Assembly: GCA_000165345.1 (NCBI GenBank)
Contig: CM000435.1
Span: 960,001-1,024,000, forward strand
Length of the DNA: 64,000 nt
Reading direction: 5' to 3'
Shown here: positions 10,962 to 22,000 of the stretch, in pieces
Layout: each line of letters begins with the position of its first letter
How positions within the stretch are numbered: the first letter of the stretch is position 1
Made by a program: the position numbers and the translations under genes
The notes under the pieces: generated by a model
What the model was told of the DNA's origin: nothing
Databases searched by the model: none
Seen by the model: the letters and a program-made list of their open reading frames with translations, nothing else

Positions 10962-11993
10962 ATGACAAACATACGGAAAACTAGTTGCATTTCTTTATTT
11001 GTATCAAAAATTTTGGTACTTACCTTTTTTTTGGTGATTTTCACTTCCGATTTTGAAATTCAGAATAGACTGGCACATTTTCAAGAGACTAGTTTATTAA
11101 GATTCTCGGAAGGGCCTATAAAAGATGAAGAAAGTGAGAGTTCCGGATCTGAAAGCTCGAATTTGAAAGCCACGAGTATTCTCTTGGAAATAGATAATCA
11201 AGAGGTAGAGAATGAAGTAAATCCCGAAGCAAAATTAAAAACAGGTAATACAAATGTTATTGGGAGCGATATGTCAGAATATTCTCTAGATACCGTGGAT
11301 GAGCTAATATCGCCTATAGTTAGTATGTGTTTGATTGAACTAACAAATATTTACGACATTCTTGAACTAGAGTATAATTCAATTTCATCTGTTTCAATCT
11401 TGGATAATTTAGAAGAATGTATCAACACAAGAAATAAAATTAATGAAATTTTGAAGATAATTATTAAGGCCAAAGAATTGCTCTTTTATGAAAAGAATAG
11501 CAATCTTTTGGATAGCAATTCACTAAATGAAGACTCGAGAAAGGAAACTAATAACAAAAAAAGTAAAACTTCTGATTTATTCTTTTACCTTCAAGCGAAT
11601 ATGTCAATATTGAAGAAAACAATTTCCTTTTACAATATCAAATACAGGGTTTATTCAAGCCAAGAACAGATTCTTGGGCGAATTACTAAACTAATGAATG
11701 AAATTAATACTTTAATTCATAGATTCAAAAATCTTACCAAAAATAATAAAAATACATTTGAAAGAGTTATGTTTGAAATTACAAAACCCGTTTCCAAGGT
11801 TATTAATGAATATAAATCCATTTTGAAGAAAACCCACTTATTTATGTCTACCAAGTACTACTCGAAGCACTCTAAGAATATTGAGCATTATGTACAGACT
11901 ATTTCATGCATGCTCAAACATAGACTTCAGCGTTCATCAACCTTTGACGAACTATTATTTATGCTGAAACCAACTTTCAAATTATGTCAGTAG
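10962..11993 (+). CDS. Asn/Lys-rich low-complexity protein with an N-terminal signal anchor (about 343 aa)
   Basis: The first ATG is at 10962; the track start 10959 is TTG. The N-terminus is MTNIRKTSCISLFVSKILVLTFFLVIFTS. The ORF is continuous. It is preceded by AAGGCGCCAAAC at 10856-10867. Confidence 0.45.
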   Translation: MTNIRKTSCISLFVSKILVLTFFLVIFTSDFEIQNRLAHFQETSLLRFSEGPIKDEESESSGSESSNLKATSILLEIDNQEVENEVNPEAKLKTGNTNVIGSDMSEYSLDTVDELISPIVSMCLIELTNIYDILELEYNSISSVSILDNLEECINTRNKINEILKIIIKAKELLFYEKNSNLLDSNSLNEDSRKETNNKKSKTSDLFFYLQANMSILKKTISFYNIKYRVYSSQEQILGRITKLMNEINTLIHRFKNLTKNNKNTFERVMFEITKPVSKVINEYKSILKKTHLFMSTKYYSKHSKNIEHYVQTISCMLKHRLQRSSTFDELLFMLKPTFKLCQ

Positions 11994-12048
11994 TTAAATT
12001 CAATCTTTTTTTATTCTAGAAACTAATAAATAAATTTTCCTTGCCCAA

Positions 12049-12062
12049 GTTCCCGCCGAAAC
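12049..12062. promoter_or_regulatory. E2F-like GTTCCCGCCGAAAC about 140 nt upstream of the mucin-like gene
   Basis: Seen directly. Confidence 0.4.
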
Positions 12063-12196
12063 TGTGTGAATAGTTATTTCCCATGTACACGTTATTGTCA
12101 TAATTAGACTTCATTTGTACCTTTATTTTCATTCCATTCACTACCTGAAAGTGATTATAATCTAAATTTTTCTATATTTTCTTACTGATCTTAAGT

Positions 12197-13981
12197 ATGG
12201 GAGGAAACAGCGGACCTCCTGAATGGTGTTATCTTAGCAAAGATGGTCAATGCGATGGAAGGGGTGGAACTTATGTTGATGTAATTGGAAATGGAGGTCG
12301 TATTGGAAATGGAATGGCAATGACTATGATTCCTAACAATGACAAAGATGTAACATTTAAATTAAACATGAAAAGCAAAGGGACTGTAGCTACTTTTAGT
12401 TGCAAGGGAGGAGTTTCTGAGTTAGTATTTTCTGGCAGCTCAGCGAGGTTTACAACTCCATCAATATCAGGATATAATCGATGCGCTGTAATTATTGGTC
12501 TGAGCGGAGATAGAATTCATGTTAGTCCTTTTGGCTCCAAAAACATCTCTTTAGGAAGTCTTCCAATGTCTCCAAATTCTTCCTTTAATGAGATTTATTG
12601 CGTACCAGAATATGCCAGATACGGGGCTATTCATTCTGGGTACAGTCCTTCCCCTCAAGTTGTTTCTACGCCAATATCACAGGGAATTACTAACGTTGAT
12701 AACTCTCTTTCGCTTCCTTCTACTACTACTACTACCACAACAACAACTACCACTACTACTACTACTACCACTGCACCTCCAAAGCTCATAGTTGAAGCAG
12801 AAAAATACGTTATTGTTCCGAGTATACAAAGTGCAACAGCATCTATTTCTTTTTCCATTAGCAAGTCTTTATTATCCTCATCATCTCTTACTGTTACTTT
12901 ATCAGATGTTGACTACCTAACACTTGCTAAAGTCAAGCTTAAATCTTGTTGTTTAGAGCTAACTTCAGATAATGAAGACCACTTTGATAAGATGACGTAT
13001 AATGCAGAAATGAAGAGTTCATCAACACTAAATCTCACACTAGCTTGGACTAAAGCATTCATATACTTGATTCTAGTCTCCAGTATGACTGTTTTAGCCT
13101 CAGTACCAAGGTTTGCAAATCTTAACACACCTGCAAATGCAGTCCTTGAAAATAACTCTGGAGCAGAGCTTACAACTACATGGAGGTATTCAAGTGAGTT
13201 CGAAGCCCCAAAGCTATCTTCATGTAATCTCATTAATTATGATAGCTCGTGTAAATCAGCATCAGTATCTATAATTTCTCCAGTTGAGTGGAAACCTGAT
13301 GTATCATTTTTAAGATATGGTTTTATCTCTCCAATAAGCAGTAATTACCCTATCTCCTTCTCCTTAACTTCCAGTGGTACCCTCTTCGCTTCTATTAACT
13401 TCAGTCAAACAGGTATTTCTATCTCAATACCATCTTCATCTCAAACTGCTTCAATGAGTTATATAAAAACTCCAAATCCTGGAGAATGGGTTTCTGGTGA
13501 TATCTTTCTATTAAGTCCCAAATTTTTTAATACTTTGGATAGAACTGAAAGTACTAAGACTTGTACTATCATTAAGTCTACTTGCACTGCACCATCTTCT
13601 TGGTCTTCCATCAAAAGTTCGGAATTAATTGCCAGATATGCAATATTGTCAAAGCTTATTTTGGATTCTGGAATAGAAGAAAGTGAAGAACAACCAAAAC
13701 TCTATGTTACTTATAAGGGAGTTTACGCACTAAGTATTAATGTTCCCAGTAAAGAACTGAATGGAGCAACAGTACAAGATAGTCCAACATACCAACCTCT
13801 AGTTTATTGGAGAGTATACAAAGGCCTTTCACCTTCTATTAGTTTTCCCTCCGATGAAATTTCTAAGGTTATTCAAAATGTTACAAACCCTGTAACTACT
13901 ACAACAACTCCTTTCACTACAACTACTACAAAGTCTACAAGCTCTGGATCATGGATGGATAGCTTTTTATCATGGTTTTAA
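12197..13981 (+). CDS. Thr/Ser-rich mucin-like protein (594 aa) with an internal hydrophobic helix
   Basis: ATG 12197. There is an 18-Thr run encoded by an (ACT/ACC/ACA)n microsatellite. A second T-rich block lies near the C-terminus (TTTTTPFTTTTTKSTSSGS). A hydrophobic segment AFIYLILVSSMTVLASV lies mid-protein. No N-terminal signal peptide is present in this exon. Confidence 0.55.
   Translation: MGGNSGPPEWCYLSKDGQCDGRGGTYVDVIGNGGRIGNGMAMTMIPNNDKDVTFKLNMKSKGTVATFSCKGGVSELVFSGSSARFTTPSISGYNRCAVIIGLSGDRIHVSPFGSKNISLGSLPMSPNSSFNEIYCVPEYARYGAIHSGYSPSPQVVSTPISQGITNVDNSLSLPSTTTTTTTTTTTTTTTTTAPPKLIVEAEKYVIVPSIQSATASISFSISKSLLSSSSLTVTLSDVDYLTLAKVKLKSCCLELTSDNEDHFDKMTYNAEMKSSSTLNLTLAWTKAFIYLILVSSMTVLASVPRFANLNTPANAVLENNSGAELTTTWRYSSEFEAPKLSSCNLINYDSSCKSASVSIISPVEWKPDVSFLRYGFISPISSNYPISFSLTSSGTLFASINFSQTGISISIPSSSQTASMSYIKTPNPGEWVSGDIFLLSPKFFNTLDRTESTKTCTIIKSTCTAPSSWSSIKSSELIARYAILSKLILDSGIEESEEQPKLYVTYKGVYALSINVPSKELNGATVQDSPTYQPLVYWRVYKGLSPSISFPSDEISKVIQNVTNPVTTTTTPFTTTTTKSTSSGSWMDSFLSWF
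12717..12772 (+). repeat. Coding trinucleotide microsatellite (ACT/ACC/ACA)n encoding poly-Thr
   Basis: Seen directly as actactactactaccacaacaacaactaccactactactactactaccact. Confidence 0.85.
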
Positions 13982-14509
13982 ATGCATTAAGGTTTGATTC
14001 TACTGAAGTTTTTTTTTACTTAAAACTTAATTTAAAATTACTAGATAAAAGGGAACCAAATCTATTATTTCCTATTGTTTTGCTGGAGTTCTCTCAATTA
14101 TTTTAACAAAACTCTAACAGAGATCACATTTTGCAATTATCGTGTGCAAATTTGGTAACTTAACGTTTTGTCCTGTGATAGAAATAATCATCCAAAAAAT
14201 TAGTATTATCTTTTTTAGAAAGACCATGTATAAGTTCTATTTTTCATTAATTTCTTTCTTCACTTTTTCATTAATATTTACTAGTTTTTATTTCAATCAT
14301 GAAAATAACTATGCCGGATTTCCCTTTAAAATATTCCAAGATTTAAGGATGGATTCCAAGAGTGGAATTTACATGTCAAAAATTGACCTTGAGACAGAAG
14401 TTTTTGATCAAAGTAAGTTTAACGAAAATATGAGGTGAGGTTGAACAACTTCAAACCTCCTTTCTTTGTTATCTGGAGATCATAAAATCTATTCATTACA
14501 AACTTAGGT

Positions 14510-15736
14510 TATGGATCTCTTTTTGAAGGATCAAGAAATGATACAAACTATGAGAGCCAATTAGAAAAGTTTGAGGGGATTCAAAGACAAGAGGGATTCT
14601 CAGGAGAGAACCTAGATCAAGATAAAGACCCTATAATTAGTACAGTAAAGTTTTTCAATACCTTCAGATTTCCCTTAAATTTGAATCCTAATGGATTTAG
14701 GTTAGGCATGAGAATTAAATATGGTGCAAGTTCAAATCCAATTAAAATTATTTTCATAGGAAGGGACTTGAAGAATTTATTAAACATTATTATCAAGGAA
14801 TGTAAGATATATCTCTTTTCTAAAGACAATAAGAGTAGTGGCTTCTTTTACGATAGTTCTCCTTTATTTATATCAAAGAATAGCACAGAAGATCTCCAAT
14901 TGATAATGGATTGGACTGAAAATACATTCAGAGTTTCTGCAGTTAGACCTGATAACTCCCAGGTGGCTTTAGGGGGTATTGTAAAAACAGATTCTCCTTT
15001 GGTAGCTTTTGGATCTGCTTTTATAGGGGAAGCATTGAATCCACTTCAGATTGGATGGAGCTTCAAGAATATGCCTGCAAACTCTAGATTTGAATGTTTG
15101 ATTAGTTATTTTGAGGAGAGATGTAAAAGCAACTCAATTCAAATAACCAATATACTTTATGAGAGTTTTCCTGGGATAAAAGCAGATAGGGGTTTTCTTA
15201 AGGTTGCTTTCCAATTCCCTCCAAAGGAGAGGCTCCCTGTTACTTTAAGAATTATGGAAGATAAAGAATTAATAATGAGTATTCAATTTTCATTGGACCA
15301 GATGGTGATACATGAAGCTGGAAAATCCTTCAAGCATTTCTTCCTTAATAAATATCAAGAAGGGGAATGGTTAAATCTAGACTTGGTTCCTATTTCGAAT
15401 TTGAGTTTGAATTACTTAATTTTTATACTAAAAACTCTATGCTCTAAAAGGATTTTTGATCTGAAAAGCACAAGTAGTTGTTTAGAATCCAGTCAAGAAG
15501 GAAATAATCCGGCCAAAGAATACAGAAAGCATGATTCAAAAAAAGGGTCTTGCAAAAATGAGTTTCTTCAAAATATAGCAAGAAGTAGAAAGATTTTAGG
15601 CCGTGAATATGGCATTCCAGAAAGTCAACATTTTGACGCTTTTCATTCCGGTAATGGTTTCAAACTTTTATTTGCAATAGATGAAGAAATTATAGGTAAG
15701 TGTAAAAATTTAGTCTTTTCAACCAAAATAATTTGA
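14510..15736 (+). CDS. Hypothetical protein (about 408 aa). The start is moved to the first ATG of the open frame.
   Basis: The track ORF 14681..15736 begins at TTG. The same frame is open back to a TAG at 14504-06 and has an ATG at 14510 (MDLFLKDQEMIQT...). No recognisable domain. Confidence 0.4.
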   Translation, partial: YGSLFEGSRNDTNYESQLEKFEGIQRQEGFSGENLDQDKDPIISTVKFFNTFRFPLNLNPNGFRLGMRIKYGASSNPIKIIFIGRDLKNLLNIIIKECKIYLFSKDNKSSGFFYDSSPLFISKNSTEDLQLIMDWTENTFRVSAVRPDNSQVALGGIVKTDSPLVAFGSAFIGEALNPLQIGWSFKNMPANSRFECLISYFEERCKSNSIQITNILYESFPGIKADRGFLKVAFQFPPKERLPVTLRIMEDKELIMSIQFSLDQMVIHEAGKSFKHFFLNKYQEGEWLNLDLVPISNLSLNYLIFILKTLCSKRIFDLKSTSSCLESSQEGNNPAKEYRKHDSKKGSCKNEFLQNIARSRKILGREYGIPESQHFDAFHSGNGFKLLFAIDEEIIGKCKNLVFSTKII

Positions 15737-16092
15737 ATCTGAAGGTAATTTAGTCCTAAAGAATGAATACTTGGATAGATTCAGTTTAAGCTTGGAAAAT
15801 AGTCAAAAATTCCACAATTCTACGGAATATTATCATGGACCTCTGGGCTATTGGAGGCTAAGAGCAGGTTTCCCAAAATATATTGAGAATTTGGTAAGTT
15901 TTCTATTGTTTTGTTCTTAAAAAGAAACAAGTTCTAATTTAAATAACTTTTTTTTTAACAATCTTAAATAATATTACAATATTGGCAACAAAACCAATGT
16001 TGAAATTCAAAATACAGAATAACCTTGTTAATTACTCTTTATATAATGTAACTAGCTAGATGAATATACTACTCTATAACTATCAAAATAGA

Positions 16093-19000
16093 TTATACTT
16101 TTTTTTTCTTCATATGTTTTTTGAAGTATCTATTGATTCTTTTAAATAAGTTTAAGTCCTTATTCTTCTTTTCATTATTGATATCGGCTTTATCACCAGA
16201 ATCAATATTAAGTGATTTTGATGAAGAGTTTGATTTAAGATGATCTTTTGTTTGATTCCTTCTGAATTTGCTAAGAGAGATACCGGAAATACCTATTCTT
16301 CTTTTCTTTTTCTTACTTTTGTTAATTTTAGCTACCTTGAAGTTAGGAAGTTGGTTCAATAGTACATTGGTTTCATCAGAAATGGTGGATAAATAGTAAA
16401 TATACCAAGAAATTTTCAAGTAGTAAGGAAGCAGACTAATTCCAAAGATTTGAATATCTTTTTTTTCATGGGAAGAAATTTTGGCCTTGTAATTACTTGC
16501 CTCTCTGAGATATTCAGCTCTAATCTTATAATTATTCTTAATAATGCTTGGAACTGAGTATGGATCTTTGATAGTGACTAAAGTAAGAACTAGTTTAGAA
16601 AGAGTCCTTTTTATCTTTTGATATTCAATAATATCTAAATTCTTCTTGAGTAAGTCAGAAATTTTTCTAAACATTGGAATTACCATAAAGACATGGTTAT
16701 CCAGAAAAGATAAGATGGAATTAAAGATATTCTTTCTAATTTTGATCTCCATCAAAATTTTCTTGTTAACAGGTTGATCCCAACTATTAAAGAAACGAAG
16801 AATCTTAGGTTTATTGGACCTCCTTTCAATCTTCTTATCAACAAATTGAATAGTCTTTTCAAGCTTTAAGTCTTTTGTTTGTTTTAGTTCAAAAAAAGAT
16901 GTGATTAAATTAAAATTGTTTAGATAATTTAATATAATACTTATATCGGTCTTTAATTTTTCAATATCTTCGTTAATCCTAATTCGATCACAATTAACAA
17001 TTCCTCCAAAATAGTCGAATCCAAAGGTTTTGTCAATATCATGAGTTATTTTTTCGATTGGAATTAGTAATTCTTCACAAAGCTTGAATGCATACTCAAA
17101 ATGAGGTCCATTATTGATTTCTTTTGTTTCAGACGTATACTTTCTGATCATTTCCACAACACAATTTTCTTTGTATGTATAAATTAATTCATATACTAAT
17201 TTATCCATTGGTGAGAGATTAGAACCAACTTTTGTGATAAATTGTCTTTGAATCTTTGAAATTTCTTTATCTTTTAATATCTCAAGAATCCTTGACTGTA
17301 GTATCTTGTGAATATAAATTAGCTTAAAGCTTAGAGAATTCATTCCAAGTTCTTTTCCAAATTCAAAAATTATGTCTTTTTGTCCCTTGTTAGTAATCTT
17401 ATTAGTGAATTCTTGAATATTAATGGGATTAAATCCTCTTTCAATCAATTCTTGAAGATTCTTTTCTTTGAATAAAAGCTTGAAATGGTTTTCTTCTAAT
17501 TCATCTCCAACATTATCAAAGAGTTGTTTTGTGGCTTCATAAACTAATTTATAAAAACCTTTATTGGATAAAATGATATCAGGAATGTTTTGATAAATCT
17601 TAATTTCATCAGACTTGTCAATATTAATTCCAGAATTCAAGTTTAATATAACTTCTTTCAAATAATATGAAAGAATATGTGGGTCTATTGGAAGTCTGAA
17701 TTTGATAATAAATCCAGTTACAAAGTTAAATATTCCAAGTTCATTATTTAACTGATATAATTGATGTGTCATAAGCAATAAATAATCCTTAATCATATTC
17801 TTTGAGATGATTCCTTGGAAAATTCTGTTTAAGGCGAATTGGAGTCCATAAAATATAGTCACAAAATAAAGTTCATTCCTGGCATCGGAAAATTTAGAAA
17901 AGAAATGATTTTGACTCATTTCATTTAAATTAGACATCTTCTTATATGATATTTCATTGATAATTCCCACACAAAAAGAAAGGATGGCAGAATAAGATAA
18001 ATCCAAATGATTGTTAATTTGTTTATTTGTTTCAGAAATACAATCATTTAAAGAGATATATATACTGATTGGACCATTTTTATCAAGCTTGGAGATTAAA
18101 TTTTCTATATCAACTCCATTTTCAGCCATTTTAATATTTTGAAACTTATGCATGGAACTTGGAATCTTCTCTACAAGTCTAATATTAATTCCTAGAATTT
18201 GTTTAGTCAATCTTTCAATCATTTCATTCACAAAAGAATCAGAATCTTTCTCTATGTCCAATCCTCTAACTTGAATTTCTTGATTTAATGAGTCTCTGAG
18301 CTTTTTCAAAGTCCCTTTTCCGGGAGTTGTGACTGTCAAATTTATTCTATTTCGACCATCTCCTGGCCAAATATTTGAAAGAGGTTTTAATAGTTCTACT
18401 GGATATCCATAAGTGAATAGGAATTTCTTTATACGTTCTTCACCAGTTTCTCTAGTCCAACAGGAAATAAGTTCTCCAATGAAATCAATTAGTCCAAATC
18501 CAGAATTTGGTTCTTTGATATTTTTGTTAACAAGAATTTGATTGACACGTGGTTTGAAGTCGTTAATTATATCATAAAAGTTTGAAAAGTATTTCATATT
18601 TTTGAACAATTCTACCCATTCTTCAGATAACCTTTTAGTGTTCTCATCTAAATAAATTTCCCTTAGAGTCTCAAGATCATGATCAAAAACATATTCATAT
18701 TTGAGGAATGAGACAAGTCTTTTAAGAGGTTGAGGCCATTCATAAGACAACAATGTTGAAACTATTGATTGAATTAGTAATTTCTCACAAGATGAAAAGC
18801 TGATCTCATCCACTTCAGTACAAATACTCATGCAAATTTGATAATAGTGATCCAGTCTTTTTGATTCATCAGTAATTATATTTAATACAGAGGAAAAACA
18901 ATGAATATGATTAAAGTTGTTTAACAAACTAGATGGTTGAATATTAAAATAACCATAAGAGAGGAAAATAGCTCCAATGTGTTCTTGTCTTGGAGAAAGT

Positions 19001-22000
19001 ACCATTTTTCCTAATCTTCCCACATGAATAATTTCACTATTAAAGATCTTGACAGATTCTTGAAGATGATTATTAAATAATTTAAGAATGTTCTCAGGAT
19101 AACCTTCTTTTTTAGACAAAACTCTGTTAATATCTTCTATATTATCTTTATCTATCCTGAACTTTGAATTTTTGAAGGATTTATAAAAGTGAACTCTTGG
19201 TGTAAGTCTTAGGTCCAAATAATTACTTGTAGATAAAGCTTGGTAACCAGTAGTTTTAATAGGATCTTCTGATTCTAAGATATTGATAATTAAATCTGCT
19301 ATTTCTGAGATTGCTTGGTTTTTTTCTGAATCAATAAATGTTGCAGAGTTTATTGGAGAAGCTTCAATTAAGGCTGTAATGAGGTTATCTTTTGAAACAT
19401 TCATTTTATACCAATCAAAATGCTCTAAAAGATTCTCAGTAATATGCTCTACCTCAATGTTTCCAATTAGAATTCCCAAACTCAAAAAGATCTCCTGAAT
19501 AAAGAATTTGAGAAAGCTATGCATTAATTCACTTTTTTTTCTTTCATTTCTATTGACATTTGAAACAACATTATAGGCTACAATGAAAGGTACGTATTCA
19601 TGATTATAATTCCCAGAATCTGAATAACCTATGGCTTTCTTCATCTCTTTAGTGTTATTTTTAACTATATCCAGTATATTTGATTTTATGATCTTGTAGA
19701 AACTATCTCCTTTAAAGTGATCCAAATTCTCAGAAATCAAAGTCAGATCATTGATTTTAAACCTTTCAGAGATCCCTCCTAGTTGATTATTTTTTGTTAA
19801 TATACCTTCTGTGAAATAGTTTATTAAAGCTTGAACATCTTCTCCTAACTTGGTGTTTGGTTCTGTAGGAGCTAAGGAAACAGGACACAAGTTCTCAGAT
19901 TGGTTGAAAATGAGCAAAAATTTATTGGAGTGTTTGAGATTTGCTTTTAGATCTAAGATTTCCTGAATTTGATTTCCTTTAATAGTGTTCCAAATCCAAG
20001 AATTTCCTGTTTTATGATTAATATCAGATAAATGAATATAAGGATTTTTTCCTATAATATTCAAAATCTGATTTATAGTAAAACTAAGTCTTTTGGTTTC
20101 TTCATATTCCTTTTCTAATACAAATTGAACAAGCTTTCTTGAAAAGACTAAGGGATCAATGTTAGAACTAATCATAGTATTTCTAATAACCAAGAATGTT
20201 AATATAATTATACAGTTGGGATATTGTTCCAGAAGATTTAAATGGACCTCCAAATAATTTCTGATAAATTGAAATGTTTTAGAAAAATCGAAAAGAGGAC
20301 CAATAGCATATTTAACCTCAGAAATATCTGGAAGCAAAGCACCAAATGTGTTTTCTACCCAGAATTTAGGAAAGAGAGTATCAATTGCTCTACTCAACCT
20401 ATATGCAGGGAGAACTTGAACAATCTTTTCGTATTCGCCAGTGGATTCATCATAATTATTGATAAAAGACTGAATTTCTGTACAAACCCTGTCAAAATCA
20501 ACTATTTTTGGAATTTCAAGACCCTCAATTTGGCTGGAATTTAAATATAACTTTTCCAAGGAATTCTTGGAGATTTCAATACATTCTGGACCCAATAATC
20601 CGAGAATATTGACTGGGTTTAAGAATATACTTTCCTTCTCAATATTAATTGGATTCAATAACTCCTCCTCCAAAGTTGAGACAAAAGCTCCGTAAACTCC
20701 TTGTTCCGTCAGCCATGATTTTCTTCTAAAAAGTAAATTTCCCATTTTATTACAAATATTGTAAATACTAGCAGTATAAACATCCTTTTTGGGTCTATTA
20801 TAAAAAAAGAAGCTCCTGAATGATCGAATACAGCCCAAGAAATCAAAAAGATCCCCTTTTCTAAGACTCAATAGTCCATATTTCTCATTCAAATCATTGA
20901 TGAGATTGTTTTTAATTGGCTGACCAAGGAAATCCTCCGTCAAAAGAGGGGCCAGTCTATCAAGAGCACTTGGGAATCTATAATTTGGCTGTAAAATGTA
21001 ATCTCTTGATTCACTGATTAGTCTTTCAGAGTTAATATTTGGTATAAGTTGCCTCAAAAACATTTCTATATGAGAAAGATCATTAAAATTTTTTGGGTAT
21101 TCTGAAGTTTCACCATGGCTTAAAAAGTCGTTTCTTGTTTGATCAGAGTTTTGAATGATGTAACCATATGAACTTAAAAGCTCCTCAACTCTTTCAAAAC
21201 TAATACCTCCAAAACTACTGCTTCTTTCTTTCCCATCTACAGTATCAAATGAATGTTTAATGCAGGTCAAATATAAGACATCATTATCTTTCAGAGAAAA
21301 ATCATTAAATATGATATTTATGTTATTTCCAGTTAACTTAATTTCTTTACCATTTTTAGTAAAGAGGCTCTCAGGCTTAATGTAATTTCCAAAACTTTTT
21401 ACTAGTATACTCGAAACTTTGTTAGAATTCATAACATTTTGGAATCGAATAGTTTTGCTAATTGCAGGATTATCCTTCAAGATAATTAAGAGAGAAATCC
21501 ATTCTTTTTTGACTGATTTCTTGCTATTTAAAAGTATAAGAGAATTCTGAGCAAGTTTCTCAGCAGAATTGAATGTTTTGATTATTGGAGAAATGTTAAC
21601 ATAATGTCCTTTGATATTCTTTGCCTCATTTTTGTCAATAAAATACTTCTCATGAACGAGAATATCATACAAATCAATATTATTTTCTAAGATCATGTTC
21701 AAAACGTGGAATAATCCATATGTATGTTCAGACTTATTCTTAAAATTATGAGGAATGGTTGTTATCTTTGCTACATAGGATAATTTCTGTGACTTGGAAA
21801 CAATATTTAGTGTCTTAAAAGGTTCAACAATAAGATTCACCAAGATTTTGTCGTGATCTCTGATTTTATAGTCGGAAATAGGTGAGTTATATTTTTCAAG
21901 GTCATTCTGAATAATGTTTTGAACATTATCCAGTACCAATGCATTAGTCTTCTGTGTATCTCCAAGTATTTCAATAGAAACTACCTCAAACTTTTCAACC

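Noticed and set aside
14142-14438. Splicing the 98-aa hydrophobic ORF onto the gene at 14510 through GTAAGT (14413) or GTGAGG (14435) donors
   Set aside because: Neither donor joins in frame to the AG at 14505-06. I left them as separate features and moved the downstream gene start to the ATG at 14510.
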